Origin: Minisyncoccota bacterium
Lineage (GTDB): Bacteria > Patescibacteriota > Minisyncoccia > Phycocordibacterales > UBA9973
Assembly (NCBI GenBank): GCA_041666225.1
Contig: JBAYHJ010000001.1
Location: 1,881 to 65,880 of the forward strand
Direction of reading: 5' to 3'
DNA length: 64,000 nt
Made by a program: the position numbers and the translations under genes. This document shows positions 7,957-17,588 of the stretch, piece after piece. The stretch's first letter is position 1. The number at the start of each line of letters is the position of its first letter. A model generated the notes under the pieces. That model made no database searches and was not told the DNA's origin. It saw nothing but the letters and a program-made list of their open reading frames with translations.

Positions 7957-8799
7957 TTATTTAGCCTTACCTACCTTCCTTCGAGAGACAATCCACATGT
8001 TTGAGTATTTCTTTGGTGTTCTTGTCTTCTGTCCTTTTCCTGTTGGTTTACCCCACATACTTTTGGCTCGGCGTAGTCCGCGTCCTTGGCGTCCTTCACC
8101 TCCACCGTGTGGATGGTCAACTGGGTTCATGGCTGTACCACGAACTGTTGGGCGAATTCCTTTCCATCGTGAACGTCCTGCTTTTCCAAAGTTTTGAAGT
8201 TTGTATTCACTGTTTGAAACTTCACCAATACATGCCCAGGCATTTTCTGAAACTTTTCGAACTTCAGTTGATGGCATTTTGATATTTGTATACCCAAGGT
8301 CATTGGCAACAACTTGTCCAAATGTACCTGCGGAACGAGCCAATTTTGCTCCATTACCAGCTTTAATCTCTACGTTATACACAAATGTTCCAACTGGAAT
8401 TATTTTAAGAGGTAAACGATTTCCAACTGCAAGTGGAGCTGTTTCGGAAACTATAAATTTATCTCCAACTTTCATTGATTTAGGTACAACCACGTATCTT
8501 TTTTCTCCGTCAGCGTAGCAAGCTAAACTGATGAAGGCATTACGATTTGGATCATATTCTATTGAAGTTATTTTGGCAGGAATATCGTGCTTGTTGTACA
8601 TGAAATCGATTTCACGATAAAGACGCTTATGTCCACCCCCTTTATGGCGAGTAGTGATACGTCCCTGATTATTTCTTCCAACAGATCTCTTAAAACCTTT
8701 TGTTAAAGATTTTTCTGGAGTACTTGTCGTCAACACATTACGGTATGTTACCGTAGTTTGGTGACGCTTTGATGGAGTTGTAGGTCTATATGTTTTCAT
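7957..8799 (-). CDS. rplB: 50S ribosomal protein L2
   Basis: 280 aa; L2 signature (HPHGGGEGR, RNNQGRITTRHKGGGHKR). Confidence 0.92.
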   Translation of the reverse strand: MKTYRPTTPSKRHQTTVTYRNVLTTSTPEKSLTKGFKRSVGRNNQGRITTRHKGGGHKRLYREIDFMYNKHDIPAKITSIEYDPNRNAFISLACYADGEKRYVVVPKSMKVGDKFIVSETAPLAVGNRLPLKIIPVGTFVYNVEIKAGNGAKLARSAGTFGQVVANDLGYTNIKMPSTEVRKVSENAWACIGEVSNSEYKLQNFGKAGRSRWKGIRPTVRGTAMNPVDHPHGGGEGRQGRGLRRAKSMWGKPTGKGQKTRTPKKYSNMWIVSRRKVGKAK

Positions 8800-8801
8800 A
8801 A

Positions 8802-9128
8802 TTATGCGAATGTTATCTTATCTCCTTTTTTCAAATGTACGACCGCTTTTTTTCCACCTTGTTTTACACTTACAATTCCACGACGTGTAACTGTCTTTTT
8901 TGCAATTGTCGTAACTGAAATACGCTCTGGTGTTACTCCGTAAACAAATTTAATGGCTTTTTTAAGTTCATTTTTGTTTGCAGTTTGAGCAACATTAAAA
9001 GTATAAACACCGCGTTCAGCATCAATTGCAGATTTCTCAGTAATACGAGGACCTTTTATAAGTATATGTGTCTTTTCTTTACTTTCTACAACTTCTTTTG
9101 TATTCTTTTTTGTTTTTGTAGTTGCCAT
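8802..9128 (-). CDS. rplW: 50S ribosomal protein L23
   Basis: 108 aa; operon position, L23-like core. Confidence 0.8.
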   Translation of the reverse strand: MATTKTKKNTKEVVESKEKTHILIKGPRITEKSAIDAERGVYTFNVAQTANKNELKKAIKFVYGVTPERISVTTIAKKTVTRRGIVSVKQGGKKAVVHLKKGDKITFA

Positions 9129-9129
9129 A

Positions 9130-9885
9130 TTATTTCTTTTCTATTTTACCACCCAAAAAAGCAATACTTTCTTTTGGCTGTGTAATAATAATATATCTGA
9201 AGGCAAGTAAATCAACAGGATTTATATTTCTGATTTCATCAATCTCTGCTGTTTTAATATTTGCAAAACTTTTCTTTAATGAATCACTTTTTGCTGGTAC
9301 AGTTATGTATAGGTTCGTCTTCTTTCCTCCTGTAATTTTCTCAAAACCTTTTACACCACTTAAATCCTTCACAATAGCGATAGCATCTTTTGTCTTGATA
9401 TTTTTAAGAGCAAACTCTTCCACAAAAAGGATTTGACCTTTCCGCAACTTTTCAGATAGTACTGTAAAGAGTGCCTTGATTTTCATTTTCTTATTTATTT
9501 TTTGTTCGTAAGATTTTTCATTACGAGGTCCGTGAGTTACTCCTCCACCTTTCCAAATAGGAGAGCGGCTTGACCCATGACGGGCTCGTCCTGTTCCTTT
9601 TTGTTTCCAAGGTTTTCTGCCTCCTCCACGAACATCTGAGCGATCCTTAGTATGAGCAACTGGGGTACGAGCATTTGCTTGCATCGCAGTTACGACTTGG
9701 TGAACTAAGTCACCATTCCAAGGTAAACCAAATATTGTTTCTGGTAGTTCAAGTTTTCCAACAGATTTACCTTTTTGATTGTAAACTTCTGTTTCCATAA
9801 CAGCATCACTAACAACTTTAGTTTTCTTTACCGCGGTAGTTTTATTACTTTTTGTAGTTTCTTTTGTAGTCATAAAATTAGCCAA
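9130..9885 (-). CDS. rplD: 50S ribosomal protein L4 (with N-terminal extension)
   Basis: 251 aa; L4 core (GGGRKPWKQKGTGRARHGS). Confidence 0.85.
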   Translation of the reverse strand: MANFMTTKETTKSNKTTAVKKTKVVSDAVMETEVYNQKGKSVGKLELPETIFGLPWNGDLVHQVVTAMQANARTPVAHTKDRSDVRGGGRKPWKQKGTGRARHGSSRSPIWKGGGVTHGPRNEKSYEQKINKKMKIKALFTVLSEKLRKGQILFVEEFALKNIKTKDAIAIVKDLSGVKGFEKITGGKKTNLYITVPAKSDSLKKSFANIKTAEIDEIRNINPVDLLAFRYIIITQPKESIAFLGGKIEKK

Positions 9886-10498
9886 TAATTTCTACGAGCG
9901 TTCCGCGGCGTCCTGGAATCGCACCTTTAATAAGTAATTGATTGTTTTCTGTATCAACTCCGATAATTTCTAGATTTTTGATTGTGATACGATCACCTCC
10001 CATACGACCTCCCATGCGCATTCCCTTTGGAACTTTATTTCGAAGACCTCCTCCGATAGAACCTGGTTCACGTTCTGAGTGTTTTTGTCCGTGTGATCTT
10101 GGTCCTCCGTGAAATCCATGGCGTTTAACAACACCCTGGAATCCTTTACTCTTTGAAATTCCAGAAACAATAACAACGTCACCTTTTGCGAAAGCGCTGA
10201 CAGTTATTTTGTCTCCTTCTTTTATATCTTCAATATCACGAAACTCTCGTAAATGCTTAAATGCACCACCTTCCTTTTCTGTCTGAGATGCTAAAACATG
10301 TCCAAGATGTGCCTTTGTAGCACGACTTGTTTTTTGTTCTTCGAACGCTACTTGTACTGCTGTATAACCATCTACGTCTGGACTCTTAACTTGAGTCACA
10401 ACAAGAGGGCCAGCGGAAATTACCGTTGCTGGAACTGCGGTGCCATCATCTTGAAAGCACTGCATCATATGCTGTTTTTTTCCTAAAATAAATTTCAT
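9878..10498 (-). CDS. rplC: 50S ribosomal protein L3
   Basis: 206 aa; L3 motifs (FKGDVVIVSGISKSKGFQGVVKRHGFHGGP). Confidence 0.9.
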   Translation of the reverse strand: MKFILGKKQHMMQCFQDDGTAVPATVISAGPLVVTQVKSPDVDGYTAVQVAFEEQKTSRATKAHLGHVLASQTEKEGGAFKHLREFRDIEDIKEGDKITVSAFAKGDVVIVSGISKSKGFQGVVKRHGFHGGPRSHGQKHSEREPGSIGGGLRNKVPKGMRMGGRMGGDRITIKNLEIIGVDTENNQLLIKGAIPGRRGTLVEIIG

Positions 10499-10502
10499 AT
10501 AA

Positions 10503-10856
10503 TTACATCATTTTCACATCTATATCAACACCAGATGGTAGTGATAGGTTTGTGAGTGCCTCAATAGTCTTCGCATTTGGATTGAGAATATCGATGACAC
10601 GCTTATGGATTCTTATTTCAAACTGTTCTCGAGCATTTTTAAATACAAACGATGCTCTGTTGACTGTGTATTTTTTAATTTCGGTAGGAAGTGGAATTGG
10701 TCCTACAATCTTTGCATCATAACGCAGAGCAGTATCAATAATCTGCTTGACTGAAGTGTCAAGAATTTTATTCTCATAGGCTCGTACGCGGATACGAAGT
10801 TGTACAACTACATCTTCTTTTCCCTTTTTTGGTTTTAGAACTTTCTTTGTTGTCAT
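10503..10856 (-). CDS. rpsJ: 30S ribosomal protein S10
   Basis: 117 aa; S10 core (IRIRVRAYENKILD...GPIPLPT). Confidence 0.85.
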   Translation of the reverse strand: MTTKKVLKPKKGKEDVVVQLRIRVRAYENKILDTSVKQIIDTALRYDAKIVGPIPLPTEIKKYTVNRASFVFKNAREQFEIRIHKRVIDILNPNAKTIEALTNLSLPSGVDIDVKMM

Positions 10857-10860
10857 GGTA

Positions 10861-10949
10861 CTTAGTTATAAAGTTTGTAAAGTTGAAAGTTTGTAAAGCA
10901 AATGCATTTTTAATCTACTTTATAACTTTATGAACTTTATGAACTTTCT
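10861..10949. repeat. MITE-like element copy 3 (tuf-rpsJ spacer), with extra tatgaactt repeat
   Basis: ttagttataaagtttgtaaagttgaaagt...ctactttataactttatgaactttatgaactttctact. Confidence 0.65.
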
Positions 10950-10951
10950 AC

Positions 10952-12154
10952 TTACTTAATGATCTTAGTAACAACTCCTGCTCCGACAGTTTTACCTCCT
11001 TCACGGATAGCAAAGTGCATAGTTTCTTCTAGGGCTACAGGTGTTACTAGTTTAACCGAGAGTTTAACTGTATCTCCTGGCATAACCATTTCTACACCGC
11101 TCGGAAGTGTTGATTCTCCTGTTACGTCTGTTGTACGGATATAGAATTGAGGTTTGTATCCAGTAAAGAATGGAGTGTGACGTCCTCCTTCTTCTTTTTT
11201 CAAAATGTAAACTTCACATTCGAATTCAGAGTGAGGAGTAACTGTTCCTGGTTTAACAAGAACTTGACCACGAGTAACGTCTTCTTTTTTAATTCCACGA
11301 ATAAGAATACCGGCGTTGTCTCCTGCCATACCTTGTTTTAGGTTTTTATTAAACATTTCAATACCAGTAACTGTTGTCTTTGCAGTATCTTTAATACCAA
11401 CAATTTCAACATCTTCACCGACGTTGATAACTCCACGTTCGATTTTACCAGTCACAACTGTTCCACGTCCTTCGATTGAGAAAATATCTTCAATAGGCAT
11501 TAGGAATGGTTTTGTAACATCACGTTCTGGAACTGGAATATAAGTATCAAGAGCATTTACAAGATCCATGATCTTTACAGCCCAAGCATCTGTATTGTCA
11601 GCTGATTCAAGAGCTTTCAAAGCTGAACCACGAATAACTGGAGCGTTTGCACCATCAAAACCTTGTTTTGTAAGAAGTTCACGAACTTCTTCTTCGACTA
11701 GATCAAGCATGTCTGGATCATCAACCATGTCGCATTTATTTAGAAATACGATTATTTTTGGAACGTTAACTTGTTTAGCAAGGAGGATATGCTCACGAGT
11801 TTGTGGCATAACTCCGTCTGTCGCAGCGACAACGATAACTGCACCGTCCATTTGAGCGGCACCTGTAATCATGTTTTTAATATAGTCAGCGTGTCCTGGC
11901 GCATCAATGTGTGCGTAGTGACGTGCTGGTGTCCAATATTCATTGTGAGAAAGGGCAATCGTGATACCACGAGCTTTTTCTTCTGGGGCTGAGTCAATTT
12001 GATCAACTCCTTTTATTTTAGCACCATATTCACCACCTTGGCGTGCTAAAACTTGTAAAATAGCCGCAGTCAATGTAGTTTTGCCGTGATCGACGTGACC
12101 AATGGTACCTACATTAACGTGAGGCTTGTCTCTTTTAAATTCTTCTGCTGCCAT
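10952..12154 (-). CDS. tuf: elongation factor Tu
   Basis: 400 aa; [23 protein letters not shown]-motifs. Confidence 0.97.
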   Translation of the reverse strand: MAAEEFKRDKPHVNVGTIGHVDHGKTTLTAAILQVLARQGGEYGAKIKGVDQIDSAPEEKARGITIALSHNEYWTPARHYAHIDAPGHADYIKNMITGAAQMDGAVIVVAATDGVMPQTREHILLAKQVNVPKIIVFLNKCDMVDDPDMLDLVEEEVRELLTKQGFDGANAPVIRGSALKALESADNTDAWAVKIMDLVNALDTYIPVPERDVTKPFLMPIEDIFSIEGRGTVVTGKIERGVINVGEDVEIVGIKDTAKTTVTGIEMFNKNLKQGMAGDNAGILIRGIKKEDVTRGQVLVKPGTVTPHSEFECEVYILKKEEGGRHTPFFTGYKPQFYIRTTDVTGESTLPSGVEMVMPGDTVKLSVKLVTPVALEETMHFAIREGGKTVGAGVVTKIIK

Positions 12155-12436
12155 ATATTTTTATTGGTTGATAATTTCCAATTTAATTCTTAATTACTAA
12201 TTCGTAATTCTTAATTAATTAAAAGCTACCAACATAAATTATTAATAAATGTACCTCGCCTGTGGCAAGATAACGCAAAAATTGCGATTGACCTACATAG
12301 TAGCAGATTTAAAAATAAATGCAAATAAAGTTAGAACTTCTACTGACCTCCAAAAATAAACCATATAAAATATAGCCATTCTGGCTGACTCCGAACTTGA
12401 GACAATGTTCAAATGAGGATAACTGAGGTAAAAGAA

Positions 12437-12467
12437 TAGGGCCGACTAAAAATGATTAGTCGGCCCT
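12437..12467. terminator. hairpin agggccgacta-aaaatga-ttagtcggccct
   Basis: sequence. Confidence 0.6.
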
Positions 12468-12473
12468 TTATAT

Positions 12474-13277
12474 TTATAATTCAAGGACAAGTAATCCTTT
12501 CTTAATCAAAAGTTCAATAACATCTTTCCTCCAGTTATATTTATATATAAATTCGGGAATAGTCATAAGCTCTCTTTCAAGAGCATCTTCTTTGGGAATA
12601 AATTCTGCCAATTTACACTCTTTCGAAGCATAAAACAACATAATTTTTTCTTTACCCTCAAATTGAACTGTTGCAAATGGAATAGCCTCACCAATTGTAA
12701 TTCCTGCTTCTTCGTCTGCTTCTCTTCTAAGAGAATCCATTAAATTTAAATCAATAGATCCAACATGTCCACCAGGGATATCCCAACCCCGTTCATTCCT
12801 TGCTGCTACTATTTTATTATCAACAAAACCAATAAGAAATACAGCGCTTACATTTTTTATATCTGGCAATAATTCCGTATTAATAAAACGAATTTTAATA
12901 TTCTCAATTGAAAACTCATTTACTTCTTTTATCACAGCTTCATTACCATTTGAAATCATATGTACGATGATACCATTTTTAAGACCAGAAGTTAATTCTT
13001 CATTTATATGAATGACGAATTCAATTCTATCATCCTCATAAACTGAGTATTGCAAATGATCATGTGAGCGTTTATTCGGATGCGTAATGATAAGACCAAT
13101 CTTCTTATTCATTTTTAGTGACAAGGAACTTAGAAATGTAAATAATGATTCCCCCAATTCATGTTTAACAACAAAAATACGAATATACTCATTCATGTAT
13201 CCTTCTTGAAAGTCTAAAGTGTATTTTTCTTTCACATTATATTTTTCAATTTGTAAAGTCAATAGATTAGTAAGCAC
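12474..13277 (-). CDS. hypothetical protein with C-terminal Nudix-like hydrolase box
   Basis: 267 aa; ...LRREADEEAGI matches REUxEExGU of Nudix box; N-terminal domain unknown. Confidence 0.5.
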   Translation of the reverse strand: MLTNLLTLQIEKYNVKEKYTLDFQEGYMNEYIRIFVVKHELGESLFTFLSSLSLKMNKKIGLIITHPNKRSHDHLQYSVYEDDRIEFVIHINEELTSGLKNGIIVHMISNGNEAVIKEVNEFSIENIKIRFINTELLPDIKNVSAVFLIGFVDNKIVAARNERGWDIPGGHVGSIDLNLMDSLRREADEEAGITIGEAIPFATVQFEGKEKIMLFYASKECKLAEFIPKEDALERELMTIPEFIYKYNWRKDVIELLIKKGLLVLEL

Positions 13278-13348
13278 AAAATCCCCCTAACGGGGGATTT
13301 TGTGCATACTACCTACTTACTACTTACTACCTGCTACTTATTATTATT

Positions 13349-16300
13349 TTAATTCTCCTTTATAACTGGAATTATAACTTTAACCGTTGCAACACTGGAG
13401 GGCGAACTTGTCCCATTTGTACAAGTCAAAGTATAAGTCTTCGTCGAAGTTGGAGTTACTTTCACTCCTGGATTCATATTCTGTGCAGCTCCCTGGGTAT
13501 CAAAATCAGGACTAGAACACGAAGTTGCATTGTCTGCTGACCAAGTAAGAGTAGAGGATCGGCCCTTCAATACTTTATCTGGTGTTGCAATAAATGTTAT
13601 CACAATAGGTTGAATTTTAGCTTCTGAACAACTTGCATTAGTTCCTCCTCCACTTCCTTCACATGTCCAAAGATGAAAAGCTGGACTATCTGGATTATCT
13701 ACCATAGTTCCTTTACTACAGAGATTGTGAACCACTCCACAAATTCCATCTACTGCTATTGGCTCACAAGAATTACCATCCCAACTTGTTCCTATTGTAC
13801 ATGTTGCTTGTACGATAAGACCTTTTCCATTTGGAGATTCTGCTGTTGGAACAAGTGATTTAGCATTATTGTAAAGATAAAATATTTTAGCAGAAGGAGA
13901 TGTGAAAGTATAAGTCTTAGTCCCTGAATAATCATTACCAATAGTTGGGGTACTTAGATTTATAGGGCTCATATCATTAGCAGTTATCTGAGAAGGAATT
14001 GCTTCGGTATTGTCTATCGTCCAAGCTAGAGTTGTATTACAACTATTTCCTCCAGATAGAATCGTACAATTAGGGCCAGTAAGAGTTCCCCGAAGTGCAT
14101 CCGCTGCAATTACTTTCACTTGAGACCAAGAACCACTACAGTTATTACTTTCATTTGATTCAGCAATAGCTCCAGTATCTCCCGCCGAATTCTTATCTGC
14201 ACAAGCTCGTATATAATAATTTCCTACAACAGGGAATGTGATATTCACCGAAGAGATAGCTGACGCCCCAATCCCAAGAGCTGGCATTGCTCCATCTGGA
14301 TAATCTTTTAAATCTATCGGCCCAGTTTGAAGCACTGGATCCGCAAAACCTGTCGCCGTCTGAAATAGATTTTCAAACTTCAAAATAGTGGAGGCAGTTC
14401 CTTGGTTCGTAATAGTTGACTTATAAACTGTTGATACTCCCGCAACAGCACTTGCTGGACTTGGATTTGAGGCCACAAGATCAGCAGAAATAACAGCCGA
14501 GGCCACGCAAACACTCTCATCCCATTTCGATGTCGCCGTATCACAATCCGCCATTGCTACGGCCTGATCCAAGAGAGTAGAATTATATAAATAGAAATCT
14601 CTACTTCCATAATCGACAGACCATTTCTTTGTCCCATTATTGGCTGTCGCTACTACGACGTTCTTTGGAGTTGTAACTTGCGAGGTAACTCCAGCATTGG
14701 GATTTGTGGTACTCCATGTCAAATCTGTCATACAGCTACTTGCCCCGATTGGAATTACACAATTAGTTGCTGTCAATGTCCCCTTCGCTTGTTTTGCACA
14801 AGTTGTTCCATTCCAGACATCACCTGTAAATGCCGAACACATTGCTCTCGCATTCTTACTAGAAAGCACTACATTATTGTGACTTAGATCAAATTTCCTT
14901 ACTCCATAAGCCATTGAATAAGAAAATGGTAGTGAACTATTGTTACCTGTTGCTACTATAATATTTGTTGGAGTTATAATTTTTGAAGTGACTCCAGCCT
15001 TAGGATTCGAAGTACTCCAAGTCAATTTTGTAGCACAAGTACCTGCTCCTGTCGGAATTATACAATTTGTAACATTTAGTACCCCTGTAGGATTTGTTGT
15101 CGCTTCACATTTTTTACTTAAAGTATTATAAACTGTTCCAGATGTACAATCCGCCGTAGCAGTAACTGAACCAAGCGGAGCATTGGCATGATAAAGGAAA
15201 AATTCACGGGTACCAAAAGCGACAGGGTAAGGCACTCCCGTATTATTTGTATTCCCTGTTCCAACTGTTATATTCGTCGGTGTTGTAACCGCAGAAATAA
15301 ACGAGGGCTTTGGATTGTATGTCTCCCATTTTACATTTGTATTACAACTTCCTGCCCCAAGGGCAATCAAGCAATCAGGAGCTGTTATCACCCCCGTTGG
15401 AGGAATAGGAGCCGTAGTGGCTTCGCATTTATTGGTTACGATACTCCACTCAGAATCACTGGCACAAACTGTATTGATGGTTATTGTATCAAGTTCATTG
15501 GGGGCAGTTTTACGAATATTCATAGTATTTCCTTCATCGTCAACTGTATTTTCAGCTTTATATATTGCTCCGTATGAGGAATGATAAATATTTGTAATGC
15601 CAGAGCCAGTGTTGGTGGGGCTAAAAACAGCGAGACCATCCCTTGTAATTTTTGTATAAAGATTTGAAGGATAAACCGATGAATAAGGACTCGTCGTACC
15701 CCAGTTAAGCGTTACCCCAGGGCAACTACTTCCACCTATGGGGATAGTACAACTCATTGTTGTTGTGCCTGTACAATTAGTGCAAGCCAAATCCCCCGAC
15801 TGAGCACTTACGGGAACAATGACACTTTTCAACGACGGTGAAGATGAGTTCGTACAATCAAGCTGAAAATTATTTGTTGCAAGTTGTAGATTTGAAACTG
15901 TTTTATTTTGAATAAACGTACTATCGTAAAAAGTTCCATAATTATTCGTCACTGGATTTGAGTCACTAGTGTTTATTAAATCACAACTTCCAGTAATATT
16001 TTTAACATTGACTTTTAAATACGCCGTTCCAATAGGATCTGGAACTCCTTTTTTAACCACATTTTTAATTTGTGTTTGATCCAAATCAAGAGTAGCCACA
16101 GGTTCATCTGGTGGTGGAACTGCTGGTTGAATAACAATACTTACATCTTTAATAACTGAAATATTTCCAGGATCAACTCCTTCAGCGAAAATTTTAGGAA
16201 TGATATTTGAAAAGAAATTCTTTACTTTTTCAATGATAGCTACTTTAGGAATATCATTTTTAGTATTGCTATAGATAGCATCAGCAGGTGAGAAGGCCAT

Positions 16301-17335
16301 ATTCCCGCTTGCCCCTGGTCCATTACAATCACCCGAGGCAGGGTTATTAAACGCACCACCTACTCCACAAGTTATCGAATAATGTGTGGTAATATTTGAA
16401 CTCCCTGTATTAGTTAACGCTCCTGTGTAATATCGTCCCGAAGTTGGGCAACTAAGACCCCCGCTATCCGTAACACCTCCGACAGAGTCAATCTTTACGA
16501 TATTACAAGATTTCGAACCTAACGCACTATAGTTAATAAACGAACCATCGTTAGAATAAACAGGCGATAAGGTATTGGCTGTAATTGACGGGGGAACTAC
16601 ATTAACTATTACTTCTGCCGTCACAACTTGTCCACCAGCACCATTATTACATTCGTAAGAAAAGACTGTTGATTGCAATAAGCCTGTAGTAGTAATGGAA
16701 CCAGAAGTAGGGTCGGGTAGTGGTGCAGAAGCATCAAGCCACCAACAAGATATCCCTGTAGTTGGATAATTCTGCCAATGAATTACTGAAGACCCACCAT
16801 AATATACAGAACTCGGAGTGGCCCACATATTCAAAACAATAGTTGCTGGGTTATATACCGAAAAGTCATAAGTGCGATTTTCTATTTTATCACCAAAAGC
16901 TTTCGCTTCAATCTTTATACGATAATTCCCCAATAGTGGAGCTAAATTAAAAGATGTATTACCAGATACTGTGTCGTGAGTAGTAAAAACAAGATTTGAA
17001 GGACTAATTATATACTGAGAAGGTACCACGATGGTTTCGGCTCCACCAGTACCAACAGAATACAGAGTGGCTTTCATAGACACCGTAGTATTACCAAGAC
17101 TAAATATTCTATTATCAGTTTCCATCTGCCCGGCAATCATAAGAGCCCCAGTGGAAGGGTAATTCGTAATATCTGGAATAGTTTCTTTAACACTGACAAA
17201 CCTTATTGTTGTCCAGTTTTCAAAAATATCAAAAGTATTTTCGTAGGCAAAAGCTCTTTGGCTAAAACCTACAAAAGAAATGATTGTTACAATTAAAACT
17301 AAAACTCCGACAAAAGATTTTTTAAATAATTTCAT
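13349..17335 (-). CDS. giant secreted/cell-surface protein (1328 aa), Thr/Ser/Gly/Asn/Cys-rich with ~100-aa tandem domain repeats
   Basis: N-terminal signal peptide MKLFKKSFVGVLVLIVTIISFVGFSQRAFA; at least four repeats around the motif CxTxLTWSTxNPxAGVTSxxTTPTNxxVATxNN; repeat periodicity also visible as similar antisense ORFs at 14640-15580. Confidence 0.8.
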   Translation of the reverse strand: MKLFKKSFVGVLVLIVTIISFVGFSQRAFAYENTFDIFENWTTIRFVSVKETIPDITNYPSTGALMIAGQMETDNRIFSLGNTTVSMKATLYSVGTGGAETIVVPSQYIISPSNLVFTTHDTVSGNTSFNLAPLLGNYRIKIEAKAFGDKIENRTYDFSVYNPATIVLNMWATPSSVYYGGSSVIHWQNYPTTGISCWWLDASAPLPDPTSGSITTTGLLQSTVFSYECNNGAGGQVVTAEVIVNVVPPSITANTLSPVYSNDGSFINYSALGSKSCNIVKIDSVGGVTDSGGLSCPTSGRYYTGALTNTGSSNITTHYSITCGVGGAFNNPASGDCNGPGASGNMAFSPADAIYSNTKNDIPKVAIIEKVKNFFSNIIPKIFAEGVDPGNISVIKDVSIVIQPAVPPPDEPVATLDLDQTQIKNVVKKGVPDPIGTAYLKVNVKNITGSCDLINTSDSNPVTNNYGTFYDSTFIQNKTVSNLQLATNNFQLDCTNSSSPSLKSVIVPVSAQSGDLACTNCTGTTTMSCTIPIGGSSCPGVTLNWGTTSPYSSVYPSNLYTKITRDGLAVFSPTNTGSGITNIYHSSYGAIYKAENTVDDEGNTMNIRKTAPNELDTITINTVCASDSEWSIVTNKCEATTAPIPPTGVITAPDCLIALGAGSCNTNVKWETYNPKPSFISAVTTPTNITVGTGNTNNTGVPYPVAFGTREFFLYHANAPLGSVTATADCTSGTVYNTLSKKCEATTNPTGVLNVTNCIIPTGAGTCATKLTWSTSNPKAGVTSKIITPTNIIVATGNNSSLPFSYSMAYGVRKFDLSHNNVVLSSKNARAMCSAFTGDVWNGTTCAKQAKGTLTATNCVIPIGASSCMTDLTWSTTNPNAGVTSQVTTPKNVVVATANNGTKKWSVDYGSRDFYLYNSTLLDQAVAMADCDTATSKWDESVCVASAVISADLVASNPSPASAVAGVSTVYKSTITNQGTASTILKFENLFQTATGFADPVLQTGPIDLKDYPDGAMPALGIGASAISSVNITFPVVGNYYIRACADKNSAGDTGAIAESNESNNCSGSWSQVKVIAADALRGTLTGPNCTILSGGNSCNTTLAWTIDNTEAIPSQITANDMSPINLSTPTIGNDYSGTKTYTFTSPSAKIFYLYNNAKSLVPTAESPNGKGLIVQATCTIGTSWDGNSCEPIAVDGICGVVHNLCSKGTMVDNPDSPAFHLWTCEGSGGGTNASCSEAKIQPIVITFIATPDKVLKGRSSTLTWSADNATSCSSPDFDTQGAAQNMNPGVKVTPTSTKTYTLTCTNGTSSPSSVATVKVIIPVIKEN

Positions 17336-17459
17336 AATAATAAAAAGTTAATAATAATGTTTTTGATTCGTAATTCTTTAAATATTATATCACACAATAT
17401 ATATAAAAAAGATACTTTATCCCCACACTCACTTTACTATATTGTTATTACCCCTTTTT

Positions 17460-17506
17460 GAAGTAGCGAGGTATTTCTTCCGGAAGAAGTAATTCCTCGC
17501 TACAAC
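17460..17506. repeat. nested hairpin gtagcgagg-tatttcttccggaagaagtaatt-cctcgctac; related copy at 30755..30800
   Basis: sequence. Confidence 0.5.
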
Positions 17507-17536
17507 AATAATTCCCCAGAAAATTTCAACAATAAA

Positions 17537-17570
17537 AAAGACTGCTTCAAAAAGAAGCAGTCGATTTCAT
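17537..17570. terminator. hairpin gactgcttc-aaaaa-gaagcagtc downstream of lipoprotein gene
   Basis: sequence. Confidence 0.65.
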
Positions 17571-17588
17571 TTTAATCCAAATAAATGG

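Noticed and set aside
10959-11992. Several plus-strand ORFs inside tuf, and similar antisense ORFs inside hppA, pnp, rplB and the surface protein
   Set aside because: They are antisense to well-supported conserved genes and typical of random ORFs.
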